From the NCBI GenBank assembly GCA_031288035.1, contig JAITSG010000019.1, positions 1 through 30,759 of the forward strand: DNA of 30,759 nt. Direction: 5' to 3'. A program made the translations under genes and the position numbers. The DNA comes from Rickettsiales bacterium. Its GTDB lineage: Bacteria; Pseudomonadota; Alphaproteobacteria; Rs-D84; CACZYB01. Shown here in pieces: positions 1 through 7,123 of the stretch; the first letter of the stretch is position 1, and every line of letters begins with the position of its first letter. The notes under the pieces were generated by a model. It was given only the letters and a program-made list of their open reading frames with translations, ran no database searches and had not been told where the DNA came from.

Positions 1-134
1 CAGTGCCCGGCCATCGCTATGCGGATGACGCCCGGTCGGCTGAGGATGCGGCTATCGGCGCGCGCGGAGCGGCCGCGGACGTGGCGGACTAGGGCGCGAA
101 AGCCGCCGCGTGGATGACGCCGTCTATTGCCATA

Positions 135-809
135 TCAAGTATTGAAGTTTTCCTTCGTCATCTCGCCGGACAGTATCGTGCGTCCGTCGAGGATGAGGCC
201 GCCGTTGATGTCGAGCCCTTCGAACACGCCTGTTATCGTTTCGCCACGGGACAGGATGGTTATCCGCTTTCCGATCCGGTACATGCGCGGGCTTATCCCC
301 TCTATGATTTTTGTAAAGTCTAGCGCAAGGTTGGCAAAGAGCCGCGCGATTATCCTTTCGCCAAGTTTTTCGGCGGTGATAGCTATCCCCTCGCGGGCGA
401 GGGAGGTGGTCGGATACGCGGATATGCCGGGGGGCGGGGCGTGGATTACGTTGACTCCTATGCCCGCTATCGCGAATTCGCCGTCGCGTTCGACCAGTAT
501 GCCGCATGCTTTCTTCACGTTGACGAGTATGTCGTTCGGCCATTTCACGAGAACCGCGTCCGAGTCTATCGCCTCCGCGACCGTCAGGGCGCTGACGAGC
601 GCCATGTCGGAAAACCGGCGGTTGCCAAGGCGTATCGCGGCGCTTAGGAACAGGTTGCCGCGCGGGCTGTACCATTTGTCGCCCTTCGTCGTGCGCCCGC
701 TCGTTTGTTCGTTCGCCGTGACGACGTACTCGCCGGGGGCGCGCTGCAAAAGCTCCTTCGCATAGTCGTTCGTGCTGCCCACGGTGTCCAGGTGTATCCT
801 ATTGAGCAT
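135..809 (-). CDS. birA: Biotin--[acetyl-CoA-carboxylase] ligase, no N-terminal HTH
   Basis: Motifs GSTND, ANEQTSGR..W.SP, KWPNDIL..KKACGILVE and a C-terminal SH3-like segment (G.F.GLD..G.LIL). Confidence 0.93.
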   Translation of the reverse strand: MLNRIHLDTVGSTNDYAKELLQRAPGEYVVTANEQTSGRTTKGDKWYSPRGNLFLSAAIRLGNRRFSDMALVSALTVAEAIDSDAVLVKWPNDILVNVKKACGILVERDGEFAIAGIGVNVIHAPPPGISAYPTTSLAREGIAITAEKLGERIIARLFANLALDFTKIIEGISPRMYRIGKRITILSRGETITGVFEGLDINGGLILDGRTILSGEMTKENFNT

Positions 810-1422
810 ATTTTCTCACCGGCGCGTATGTTTTTCGGTGCAGGGGCGTCGGGCCGTATTTGGCGAGCTCGGCCATGTGCGCGGCCGTGCCGTATCCCTT
901 GTGCCTCGCGAAGTCGAACTGCGGGTATTCGCGGCCGAGGCTCTTGAGGGTCCTGTCTTTGATGACCTTGGCGACTATGGACGCCGCGGCGACGGAATAC
1001 GATCTCGAGTCCCCCTTGACCGCGCACACGGCGTTCGGAAGGTTTGGCGCGCGGTTGCCGTCTATTATATAATGCGCCCCCGGTATTTCGCGCGCGAGCT
1101 TTAGCCCGGCCTCGCGCATGGACTCCATCGTCGCGGCCAGTATGTTTGTTTCGTCTATCCGTCCTGCGTCCGCGGTCGCGAAGGCGTAAGCGAACGTGTC
1201 GCGTGGCAGGGCGGCCATCTCGTCGAATATCTCCTCGCGTTGGCGTTCGGAAAGTGTTTTCGAATCTTGTATCCGCGCCAGTGTTTCCGCCGGGAATTTT
1301 TCGCGGTTGATGAACGCGGCCGCTGCCGCCACAGGCCCGGCCAGGCACCCGCGCCCCGCCTCGTCTATCCCTATCGCCGGGCCGGGAAGCCCGTCCTCTA
1401 TTTCAAACGTCGGCCTATTCAC
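799..1422 (-). CDS. rnhB: Ribonuclease HII
   Basis: GIDEAGRG.LAGPV, DSKTLS, IIDGN, KGD..S..VAAASIVAKV, HKGYGT..H, HRKTY. Start moved to the GTG at 1422 (GGAG RBS; overlaps the upstream stop). Confidence 0.96.
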   Translation of the reverse strand: MNRPTFEIEDGLPGPAIGIDEAGRGCLAGPVAAAAAFINREKFPAETLARIQDSKTLSERQREEIFDEMAALPRDTFAYAFATADAGRIDETNILAATMESMREAGLKLAREIPGAHYIIDGNRAPNLPNAVCAVKGDSRSYSVAAASIVAKVIKDRTLKSLGREYPQFDFARHKGYGTAAHMAELAKYGPTPLHRKTYAPVRKYAQ

Positions 1423-3283
1423 GCGGATTCTCCGGCCGCGCCGCGATGCCGGCCTGGGAAAGTTCGTCCGGGCCTTCCTCGGCCTCGGCTTCCTCCCCGC
1501 TCTTCTTGTCAAGGTACTGTTCCAGCTCATGCATCTCGTCGGAGGTCAGGCGCTTGAAGTTGTGCGTGTCCGACGTGTATACCGGCCATTCGCCGCGCTC
1601 TATTTCCTCGAGGAACTCGTCCTTCTGGTACAGGCGGTTTTTGTATATCCACAGGTTGGCCATGACGCGCTTTATGTATATGCGCGTTTCCTTGAACCTT
1701 ACCGATTCGACGAAGAACAGGGGATCGTTTTCCCCGCCGTCCGTTTTCGCCAGCTGGCGCTTCAGGTTGCCCGGCCCGGCGTTATAGGCCAGCAGGAACT
1801 TGAACAGGTTGCCGTCTATCTCCGGCAGGTTCAGGAGATAGTCTATGTACATCTGGCCTATGTTGAGGTTTGTGGCGGCGTCGTACAGCTTGTCGCGTTT
1901 TTTCTTCCTGAGCGAGGAATCCTTCGCGATGAACGACGCGGTCGACGGCATTATTTGCAAAAGGCCGCGTGCGCCGACGTACGACTTCGCGCGCGGGTTG
2001 AAGCGCGATTCCTGCCTTATGACCGCGTTGATGAGGGCCGGGTCGATTTTCCATCCGTCGTCGGGATCTATGTCGAGTATCGGGTAGGCGGGCGCGGCGA
2101 ACCGGTTGGCCTCGGAATACTCCTTTATGTAATTGGCGACGTTTATGGACAGGAAAGGCATGTTCGCGATTTCCGCGACCGCCAGCACCGCGTTGACCAG
2201 CCCGTCTCCGGCGTCCGACACCGTAGCCAGCAGGTGTTTGAGCTCGTTCGCGGCCAGCTGCTTCTTGTCCAGCTGTAGGAGGGCCAGGGCGCGCACGCCG
2301 CCCGACCACGAGATTATCTCGCGCGCGTTTTCGAGCGTGAACCTCGGCTCGTCCCAGTTGATGTTGAATTTTTTGTTTAGCGTCTTTTGGGCGAGTATGC
2401 CGTAGAACGTCTTCGGGTACGACGCCGCTATGTCGAGGAGTTCTTCGCCGTCCGCCCGCGCGTCCTTGTCCTCTATGCGTTCGTTCGCGCGCCAGGCCCA
2501 GTACGCGCCCGCGGATATGTTGTCGGCCGGAAGGTATTTCTCGGTTGCGACCCGCCGGAAATGGTCGCGGGACTTTTCATAGTTCTTCTGCCGCCAGTGC
2601 ACGAGCCCGAGGACCCAGTTCGCGATATAGAAGTCGAGCTCTTCCGAGGGCTCGGCCGCCCACAGTATGGCGTCGTCGTCGTCGTCGTTCAGGAAGAACG
2701 CGAAGGCCAGGAACGCCTCCATGCGGAGATAGTCCGCGCGCGCGATGAACCTTTTCGCGCTCGGGTGCTCCATGGCGTTGCGCGCGCTTTTCGTGTCCGT
2801 CTTTCGTATGGCGCGGTTGAACCGGCGCAGCAGTGTCTTGACGTCCTGGGCCGCGGCCTTTCCCAGGTGGCCGTACCCGTACTGTATCATCTGGTATAGC
2901 TTCGCGTTGTCGTTCGGGAAATACGACGTCGGCGACGATTCCCTCTTCGGTTTCTTCAGGTCCTTTTTCGCGCCCTTCCTGAGCCCTAGGTTGTATATGT
3001 CGTTCGCGACGGGAAGGTCGCTGTATTTCTTAAGCCAGTCGCGCGCCTCTGAGAACCTGGTGGCGTAGTAGGGGCTCATGTAGCGCTGGTGGAGCACGTA
3101 TCCCATCAATATGTCGTTGGATATATTCTTTATTTCCTTGTCCGCGGCCGCGAATGCCCCCTTGTCCTGGATTTCGAACACCTTCGCGTACGTTTCGACG
3201 TCGTTGTCGTACAGGACCCTCGGCGTCTGCGCCGTTGCTGCCGTCGATGCAGCCAGAGCGATCATAAGTACGAGTTTTTTCAA
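1415..3283 (-). CDS. Soluble lytic transglycosylase (Slt-like) with signal peptide
   Basis: SLT domain AVIRQESRFNPRAKSYVGARGLLQIMPSTA ... LLAYNAGPG ... ETRIYIKRV. TTG start at 3283 gives the signal peptide MKKLVLMIALAASTAATA, with a GGAAGG RBS. Confidence 0.92.
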   Translation of the reverse strand: MKKLVLMIALAASTAATAQTPRVLYDNDVETYAKVFEIQDKGAFAAADKEIKNISNDILMGYVLHQRYMSPYYATRFSEARDWLKKYSDLPVANDIYNLGLRKGAKKDLKKPKRESSPTSYFPNDNAKLYQMIQYGYGHLGKAAAQDVKTLLRRFNRAIRKTDTKSARNAMEHPSAKRFIARADYLRMEAFLAFAFFLNDDDDDAILWAAEPSEELDFYIANWVLGLVHWRQKNYEKSRDHFRRVATEKYLPADNISAGAYWAWRANERIEDKDARADGEELLDIAASYPKTFYGILAQKTLNKKFNINWDEPRFTLENAREIISWSGGVRALALLQLDKKQLAANELKHLLATVSDAGDGLVNAVLAVAEIANMPFLSINVANYIKEYSEANRFAAPAYPILDIDPDDGWKIDPALINAVIRQESRFNPRAKSYVGARGLLQIMPSTASFIAKDSSLRKKKRDKLYDAATNLNIGQMYIDYLLNLPEIDGNLFKFLLAYNAGPGNLKRQLAKTDGGENDPLFFVESVRFKETRIYIKRVMANLWIYKNRLYQKDEFLEEIERGEWPVYTSDTHNFKRLTSDEMHELEQYLDKKSGEEAEAEEGPDELSQAGIAARPENPRE

Positions 3284-3308
3284 TTTTTCCTTCCGGTCAC
3301 GATGAGCC

Positions 3309-3337
3309 ATTCTAACCCGCCCGTGAAATTTTTGCAA
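3309..3337 (-). promoter_or_regulatory. sigma70-like promoter of the slt-rnhB-birA operon
   Basis: Minus strand TTGCAA-17 nt-TAGAAT; back-to-back with the plus-strand promoter at 3346. Confidence 0.65.
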
Positions 3338-3345
3338 TTTTTAAC

Positions 3346-3374
3346 TTGACATCTGAGAACAAATAGCGTATATT
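3346..3374 (+). promoter_or_regulatory. sigma70-like promoter heading the phage-like cluster
   Basis: TTGACA (3346-3351)-17 nt-TATATT (3369-3374). Confidence 0.75.
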
Positions 3375-3385
3375 GCGGCTCAAGT

Positions 3386-3416
3386 CAACGGGGAAAGTGT
3401 GCCCGTTGTTTTTTTT
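3386..3416 (+). terminator. Promoter-proximal intrinsic terminator
   Basis: CAACGGG-9 nt loop-CCCGTTG followed by T8, starting about 5 nt after the predicted transcription start. Confidence 0.75.
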
Positions 3417-3455
3417 GTCGCTTTGCGGCGGATTTTTTCATTTTTGGAAACGGAC

Positions 3456-3863
3456 ATGGCGACTGGTCTTTATACGGCGCGCAACGCGTCGGCATTGGCC
3501 CGCGCTTTGTTCGCGACGCAAAAGGACGCGCCGCCTATCCTCCGCCTCGCCATCGCGCATGCGGCCGTCAACCGGTATCTGTACGAGCGAGACCTCGATC
3601 CCGGCGCGGACTTCGTGTCCGTCGTCGCGGACGAAGAGCTGTTCGAATGCTGGGGCGACCCGCGGTCTTTCTCGGAATGCACGGGCGACGCCCGGTACGG
3701 CGAGTGCTTCGCCGCGGCCAAGGGCGTCCTGAGCGGCGGCCTCGGCGATCCGACGAATTGCTCGCGCCGGTTCCATGCGCGGTTCCGCAGCCCTGTATGG
3801 GCCATAGGGCTCGTCCCCGCCGCGCGCATAGGCGGATATCTTTTCTATAACAACTGCGACTAG
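3456..3863 (+). CDS. Cell-wall hydrolase SleB/CwlJ (Hydrolase_2)-like protein, catalytic Glu apparently absent
   Basis: Pattern LARAL...AIAHAAVNR...FECW...DPT...FH...P.WA...IG..LFY matches the family. ALFATQKD stands where GEARGE is normally found. Confidence 0.75.
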   Translation: MATGLYTARNASALARALFATQKDAPPILRLAIAHAAVNRYLYERDLDPGADFVSVVADEELFECWGDPRSFSECTGDARYGECFAAAKGVLSGGLGDPTNCSRRFHARFRSPVWAIGLVPAARIGGYLFYNNCD

Positions 3864-3878
3864 CTGAAAGGAAGCACG

Positions 3879-4448
3879 ATGAAGAAAGAAAACAAGGACG
3901 GGGATTCCGTTTTGGATCTGGCTCTCGCCACGGACGGGGATTCGGCCGGGAGTTGCGGCCCGGACATAAAGGACGGCATGGCGGAGGCGTGCGAGGCCAT
4001 TGCCGGGCGGCTCAGGGCCTCCGGCATGACGCCCGGCCAGATCAAGCTGGTGTGCGATCTGGCCGCCGAGGTCCTGGAGCCGGCGATAGAAAGCGTGGCC
4101 GAGCATTACCGCGCCTTGCGCGAGCTGGAAAAGCTCGAGGAGTATTTCGGCGGCGAGGAGCGCTTCGACGAGATAAGCCGCCAGATAATCTCGTGGGGAA
4201 GGAAGAGCCTTCCGTCGGACGTCTTTGAGACTCTCGGCACCACGTGCCAGGGCGTGATAGCGCTGTACGGCATGATGCAGAGCTCCGAGCCTGTGGTCGC
4301 GAACGTCGCCGGCGCGAAGCCCGGCGCGATGACCGAGGCAAAGCTCCGCGACATGATGCGCGATCCGCGTTATTGGCGCGACAACGACGCCGAGTTCGTT
4401 AAATCCGTCGGCGATGGTTTCAGGAAATTGTACGACCGCCGGGCGTGA
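3879..4448 (+). CDS. Capsid assembly scaffolding protein (T7 gp9-like)
   Basis: Acidic helical protein ending in LRDMMRDPRYWRD...GFRKLY, as in podovirus scaffold C-termini; upstream of the capsid gene; GAAAGGA RBS. Confidence 0.7.
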   Translation: MKKENKDGDSVLDLALATDGDSAGSCGPDIKDGMAEACEAIAGRLRASGMTPGQIKLVCDLAAEVLEPAIESVAEHYRALRELEKLEEYFGGEERFDEISRQIISWGRKSLPSDVFETLGTTCQGVIALYGMMQSSEPVVANVAGAKPGAMTEAKLRDMMRDPRYWRDNDAEFVKSVGDGFRKLYDRRA

Positions 4449-4463
4449 TTTTTAAATTGCCTC

Positions 4464-4492
4464 TTGCGTATATGGGAAACATATGTTAAAAT
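4464..4492 (+). promoter_or_regulatory. sigma70-like promoter of the histone-like gene
   Basis: TTGCGT-17 nt-TAAAAT; the spacer contains a short inverted repeat ATATG-5 nt-CATAT. Confidence 0.65.
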
Positions 4493-4525
4493 GAAAGCGT
4501 CTTTTGTTTAACATAGGAGAGAGAA

Positions 4526-4798
4526 ATGTTCAAAAGCATAATAAAGAAGACGACCGCGAAGCCGGCTGCGAAGAAGCCCGCCGTGAAGAAGGCCGTCAAG
4601 AAGCCCGCGGTGGCTGCGAAAAAGCCGGTGAAGAAGGTGGCGGCCAAGAAGCCCGTCGCCAAGAAGTCGGTGACCGTGAAAAAGGCTCCCGCGAAGAAGA
4701 AGCCCGTCGCGAAGAAGGCTTCGGTGAAGGTTTCCGTCGCGAAGAAGCCCGTTGCCAAGAAGGCGCCGGCTAAAAAAAAAGTAGCGAAAAAGAAATAA
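4526..4798 (+). CDS. Histone H1-like Lys/Ala/Pro-rich DNA-binding protein
   Basis: 36 of 90 residues are Lys, none acidic, repeated KKPAAKK/KKPVAKK; strong AGGAGA RBS. Confidence 0.85.
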   Translation: MFKSIIKKTTAKPAAKKPAVKKAVKKPAVAAKKPVKKVAAKKPVAKKSVTVKKAPAKKKPVAKKASVKVSVAKKPVAKKAPAKKKVAKKK

Positions 4799-4845
4799 GT
4801 TCTGTTCGTTTGCTAAGGGGGAATCCCGCCGCGGCCAAGGACATT

Positions 4846-5370
4846 GTGTTCAAGAGCCGGCTGGCGGGATTTTTCTACGCCAGGGCCAAGGGCATCCTGC
4901 ACGTGTGGATGACCATAGTCGTGGTGGGATCGTTTTTGAACATATTCTCCAAGAAGATAATCGCCTATCGCGAGCTCGCGTTCACCATGTCGCCGATAGA
5001 GGTGATGTCCATAGAGCTGATGAACAGCATAGCCGTCATGATGCTCGAGTTGTTCCTGCCCGTCCTGTTGGTTGTTTCGGCGGTGAAGGTGCTTATAGCG
5101 CGCAGGTACGGCGTGTATCTTCCGCAGAAGCTGCGCGACGGGACTAAGTACAGGCTGCGCGTTTCGCTCCTTCTTGGCGGCCTTCTCGGGCTGTGGTTCT
5201 TCGCGTACACGAACACGTTCGCCGGATCGGCCGGCCTCGGGATATTGCTGCGCTCGTCCGCCGAGGTGGCCGTGATGCTGTTCGCGTGCTCGTTCCTGAC
5301 GTTCGCGATGCTGGCCGGCCTGATGCACGGCTTTTCGCCCATACTCTCTCTCAAGGCGCGAAGGAAATAG
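4846..5370 (+). CDS. Multi-pass membrane protein of unknown function
   Basis: Four to five hydrophobic segments. Probable GTG start at 4846 after AAGGA (ORF track starts at 4810). Confidence 0.65.
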   Translation: MFKSRLAGFFYARAKGILHVWMTIVVVGSFLNIFSKKIIAYRELAFTMSPIEVMSIELMNSIAVMMLELFLPVLLVVSAVKVLIARRYGVYLPQKLRDGTKYRLRVSLLLGGLLGLWFFAYTNTFAGSAGLGILLRSSAEVAVMLFACSFLTFAMLAGLMHGFSPILSLKARRK

Positions 5371-5397
5371 TTTCGGCGTTTCGTCGGAAACACACCG

Positions 5398-5425
5398 TCC
5401 CCCGGTTCGTCCGGGGGATTTTTTT
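5398..5425 (+). terminator. Intrinsic terminator immediately upstream of the capsid gene
   Basis: TCCCCCGG-TTCGT-CCGGGGGA then T7; ends 17 nt before the capsid ATG. Confidence 0.75.
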
Positions 5426-5442
5426 AACTGAAAGGAAAAAAT

Positions 5443-6267
5443 ATGAGCATAGAAGATTCGTTTATCAAGCAGTTCGAGGCCGAAGTGCACCTTGCTTTCC
5501 AGCAGACGGGGACCAAGCTCAGGTCGACCGTCCGCACGAAGACGGGTGTGAAGGGCTCCAGCACCACGTTCCAGAAGATCGGGACCGGCGCCGCGGCCAC
5601 GAAGACCAGGAACGGCGCGGTCCCGGTGATGAGCCTGGAGCACGCTCCGGTCGAATGCGTCCTTACCGACTATTACGCCGGCGACTATATAGACGAGCTT
5701 GACGAGATCAAGGTGAATATAGACGAGCGCCGCGTGGTGGCCTCGGCCGGCGCGTACGCCCTCGGGCGAAAGTCGGACGAGCTTATCGTGGCCAAGCTCG
5801 CCTCCGCGACGCAGTCCGTTCCTGTCGGGACTTCCGGCATGACGAAGGCGAAGGTCCTCGCCGCGCTCGAGATCATAAACGGCGCGGACGTCCCCGACGA
5901 CGGCCAGCGCTTCGGCATAGTCGGCGTCCACCAGTGGAACGAGCTCTTGAACATGCCGGAATTTTCGAGCGCCGAATACGTGGGCGATTCGTATCCTCTG
6001 CTCAAGGGCACGGAATCGAGGAAGTGGATGGGCGTCAACTGGATAATGTACAACGGCCTTCCGTTCGCCTCCGGCAACCGCACGTGCTTCGTCTATCACA
6101 AGAACGCCGTGGGCCACGCGAGCGGCTCCGAGGTCAAGACCGACATATCGTGGGTCGGCGAGAAGGCCGCGCATTTCGTGTCCAGCTCCATGAGCCAGGG
6201 CGCGGCGCTTATCGACGTCTCCGGCGTGGTGAAGATAGTGTGCGACGACGACGCCGCGATAGCTTAA
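5443..6267 (+). CDS. Major capsid protein (podovirus-type)
   Basis: N-terminus FIKQFEAEVHLAFQQ.G.KLR.TV, then D..D.LD..K...D.R...A.ALGRK.D..I, typical of HK97-fold T7-like capsids; 274 aa; context of scaffold and tail genes. Confidence 0.88.
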   Translation: MSIEDSFIKQFEAEVHLAFQQTGTKLRSTVRTKTGVKGSSTTFQKIGTGAAATKTRNGAVPVMSLEHAPVECVLTDYYAGDYIDELDEIKVNIDERRVVASAGAYALGRKSDELIVAKLASATQSVPVGTSGMTKAKVLAALEIINGADVPDDGQRFGIVGVHQWNELLNMPEFSSAEYVGDSYPLLKGTESRKWMGVNWIMYNGLPFASGNRTCFVYHKNAVGHASGSEVKTDISWVGEKAAHFVSSSMSQGAALIDVSGVVKIVCDDDAAIA

Positions 6268-6275
6268 GCCGGCAA

Positions 6276-6333
6276 GCCCGCCCGCCCGCCGTTTCCACGG
6301 CCGTTTTCCGGCCCCGGGCGGCGGGCGTTTTTT
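6276..6333 (+). terminator. Intrinsic terminator after the capsid gene
   Basis: GCCCGCCCGCCCG pairs with CGGGCGGCGGGC (one bulge), followed by T6; position analogous to T7 Tphi. Confidence 0.6.
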
Positions 6334-6349
6334 ATCGAAAGGATTTCAC

Positions 6350-6586
6350 ATGGACTCGAAGAACCTGTCCGTTCTCTCGTATTCGAACGGATTCACGCTT
6401 TGGCACTACAAGACCGACGACGACAGGGCGGCCGTCATGGGGCCCGGGTATTTTTCCGTCATGGCGGGCGTTTTCAATCCCGGCGACGCGATGTTCGTCA
6501 CGTATTGCGGCGGCAGGCGCAGGTTTTCCGAGCTTGCCGTCATGGACGGCTCCGGCGGCGAGGTGACCCTCGTCGGTATGAGATAG
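6350..6586 (+). CDS. Small phage protein, possible capsid decoration protein
   Basis: 78 aa, NLSVLSYSNGFTLWHYKT...GYF...GD, which I recall following capsid genes in related alphaproteobacterial loci (unverified); GAAAGGA RBS. Confidence 0.55.
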   Translation: MDSKNLSVLSYSNGFTLWHYKTDDDRAAVMGPGYFSVMAGVFNPGDAMFVTYCGGRRRFSELAVMDGSGGEVTLVGMR

Positions 6587-6594
6587 GGGGACTT

Positions 6595-7122
6595 ATGAAC
6601 AGTATAGAATTGTGCTCGCAGGCGCTCGTGAAGATAGGGGCGGCCCCGATAGTGTCGTTCGACGACGGCTCTCTGGAGGCTTCGGTCGCGTCGTACGCGT
6701 ATCCGCTTGCGAAAAGAAAGCTGCTTTCCAGCTTCGCGTGGGGCTTCGCCACGAAATCGGCGAGGCTGAGCAGCCTTTCCGGCGGGGCGTTCGCCGTTCC
6801 GAACGATTTCCTGCGCGCGATATGCGTGCGCCCGAAATGTGCGTACGCGATAACGGGCCACAAGCTCGCGGCCGACGCTGATGCGATAGAGCTCGACTAC
6901 GTCGCCGACGTTGGCGAGGAGCTTTTCCCGCCGCTTTTCGAAAGCGCGCTGATGTATTCGCTTGCGGCGGAGTTTGCGATGTCGCTTTTGGATGACAGCG
7001 CCAGGTACAACCTTATGGAGCATACCGCGCTCTTGGAATTGCGCGAGGCTAGGTTCCAGGACAGCAGCCAGAAGAGCGCGAAGTCGATAAAGGGCTTCCC
7101 TCTCGTCGATGCGAGGAAATGA
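6595..7122 (+). CDS. Tail tubular protein A / head-tail adaptor (T7 gp11-like)
   Basis: LCSQAL.KIGA.PI.S.DDGS.EA......Y......LL....W.FA...P.DFLR...FPPLF..AL...LA.E; start moved to the ATG at 6595. Confidence 0.82.
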   Translation: MNSIELCSQALVKIGAAPIVSFDDGSLEASVASYAYPLAKRKLLSSFAWGFATKSARLSSLSGGAFAVPNDFLRAICVRPKCAYAITGHKLAADADAIELDYVADVGEELFPPLFESALMYSLAAEFAMSLLDDSARYNLMEHTALLELREARFQDSSQKSAKSIKGFPLVDARK

Positions 7123-7123
7123 C

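Noticed and set aside
3-92. Possible 3' end of a plus-strand gene (..YADDARSAEDAAIGARGAAADVAD*)
   Set aside because: Too short to support or identify.
1415-3283. Lytic transglycosylase as a gp16-like virion protein or endolysin
   Set aside because: It has a Sec signal peptide, is divergently transcribed and is coupled to rnhB-birA, so it looks like the host Slt.
4846-5370. Membrane protein as a holin
   Set aside because: Not adjacent to an active endolysin, no holin motif recognised, and it is transcribed with the histone-like gene.
3341-5430. CtrA boxes controlling the module
   Set aside because: Only TTAAC half-sites (3341, 4508, 5424); no full TTAA-N7-TTAA site found.
4813-6174. 453-aa antisense ORF, and similar long shadows (8692-10482, 14204-15412, 20481-21674, 22385-24202, 27855-29096)
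   Set aside because: They lie opposite clearly identified genes, have no motifs and are expected from high-GC codon bias.
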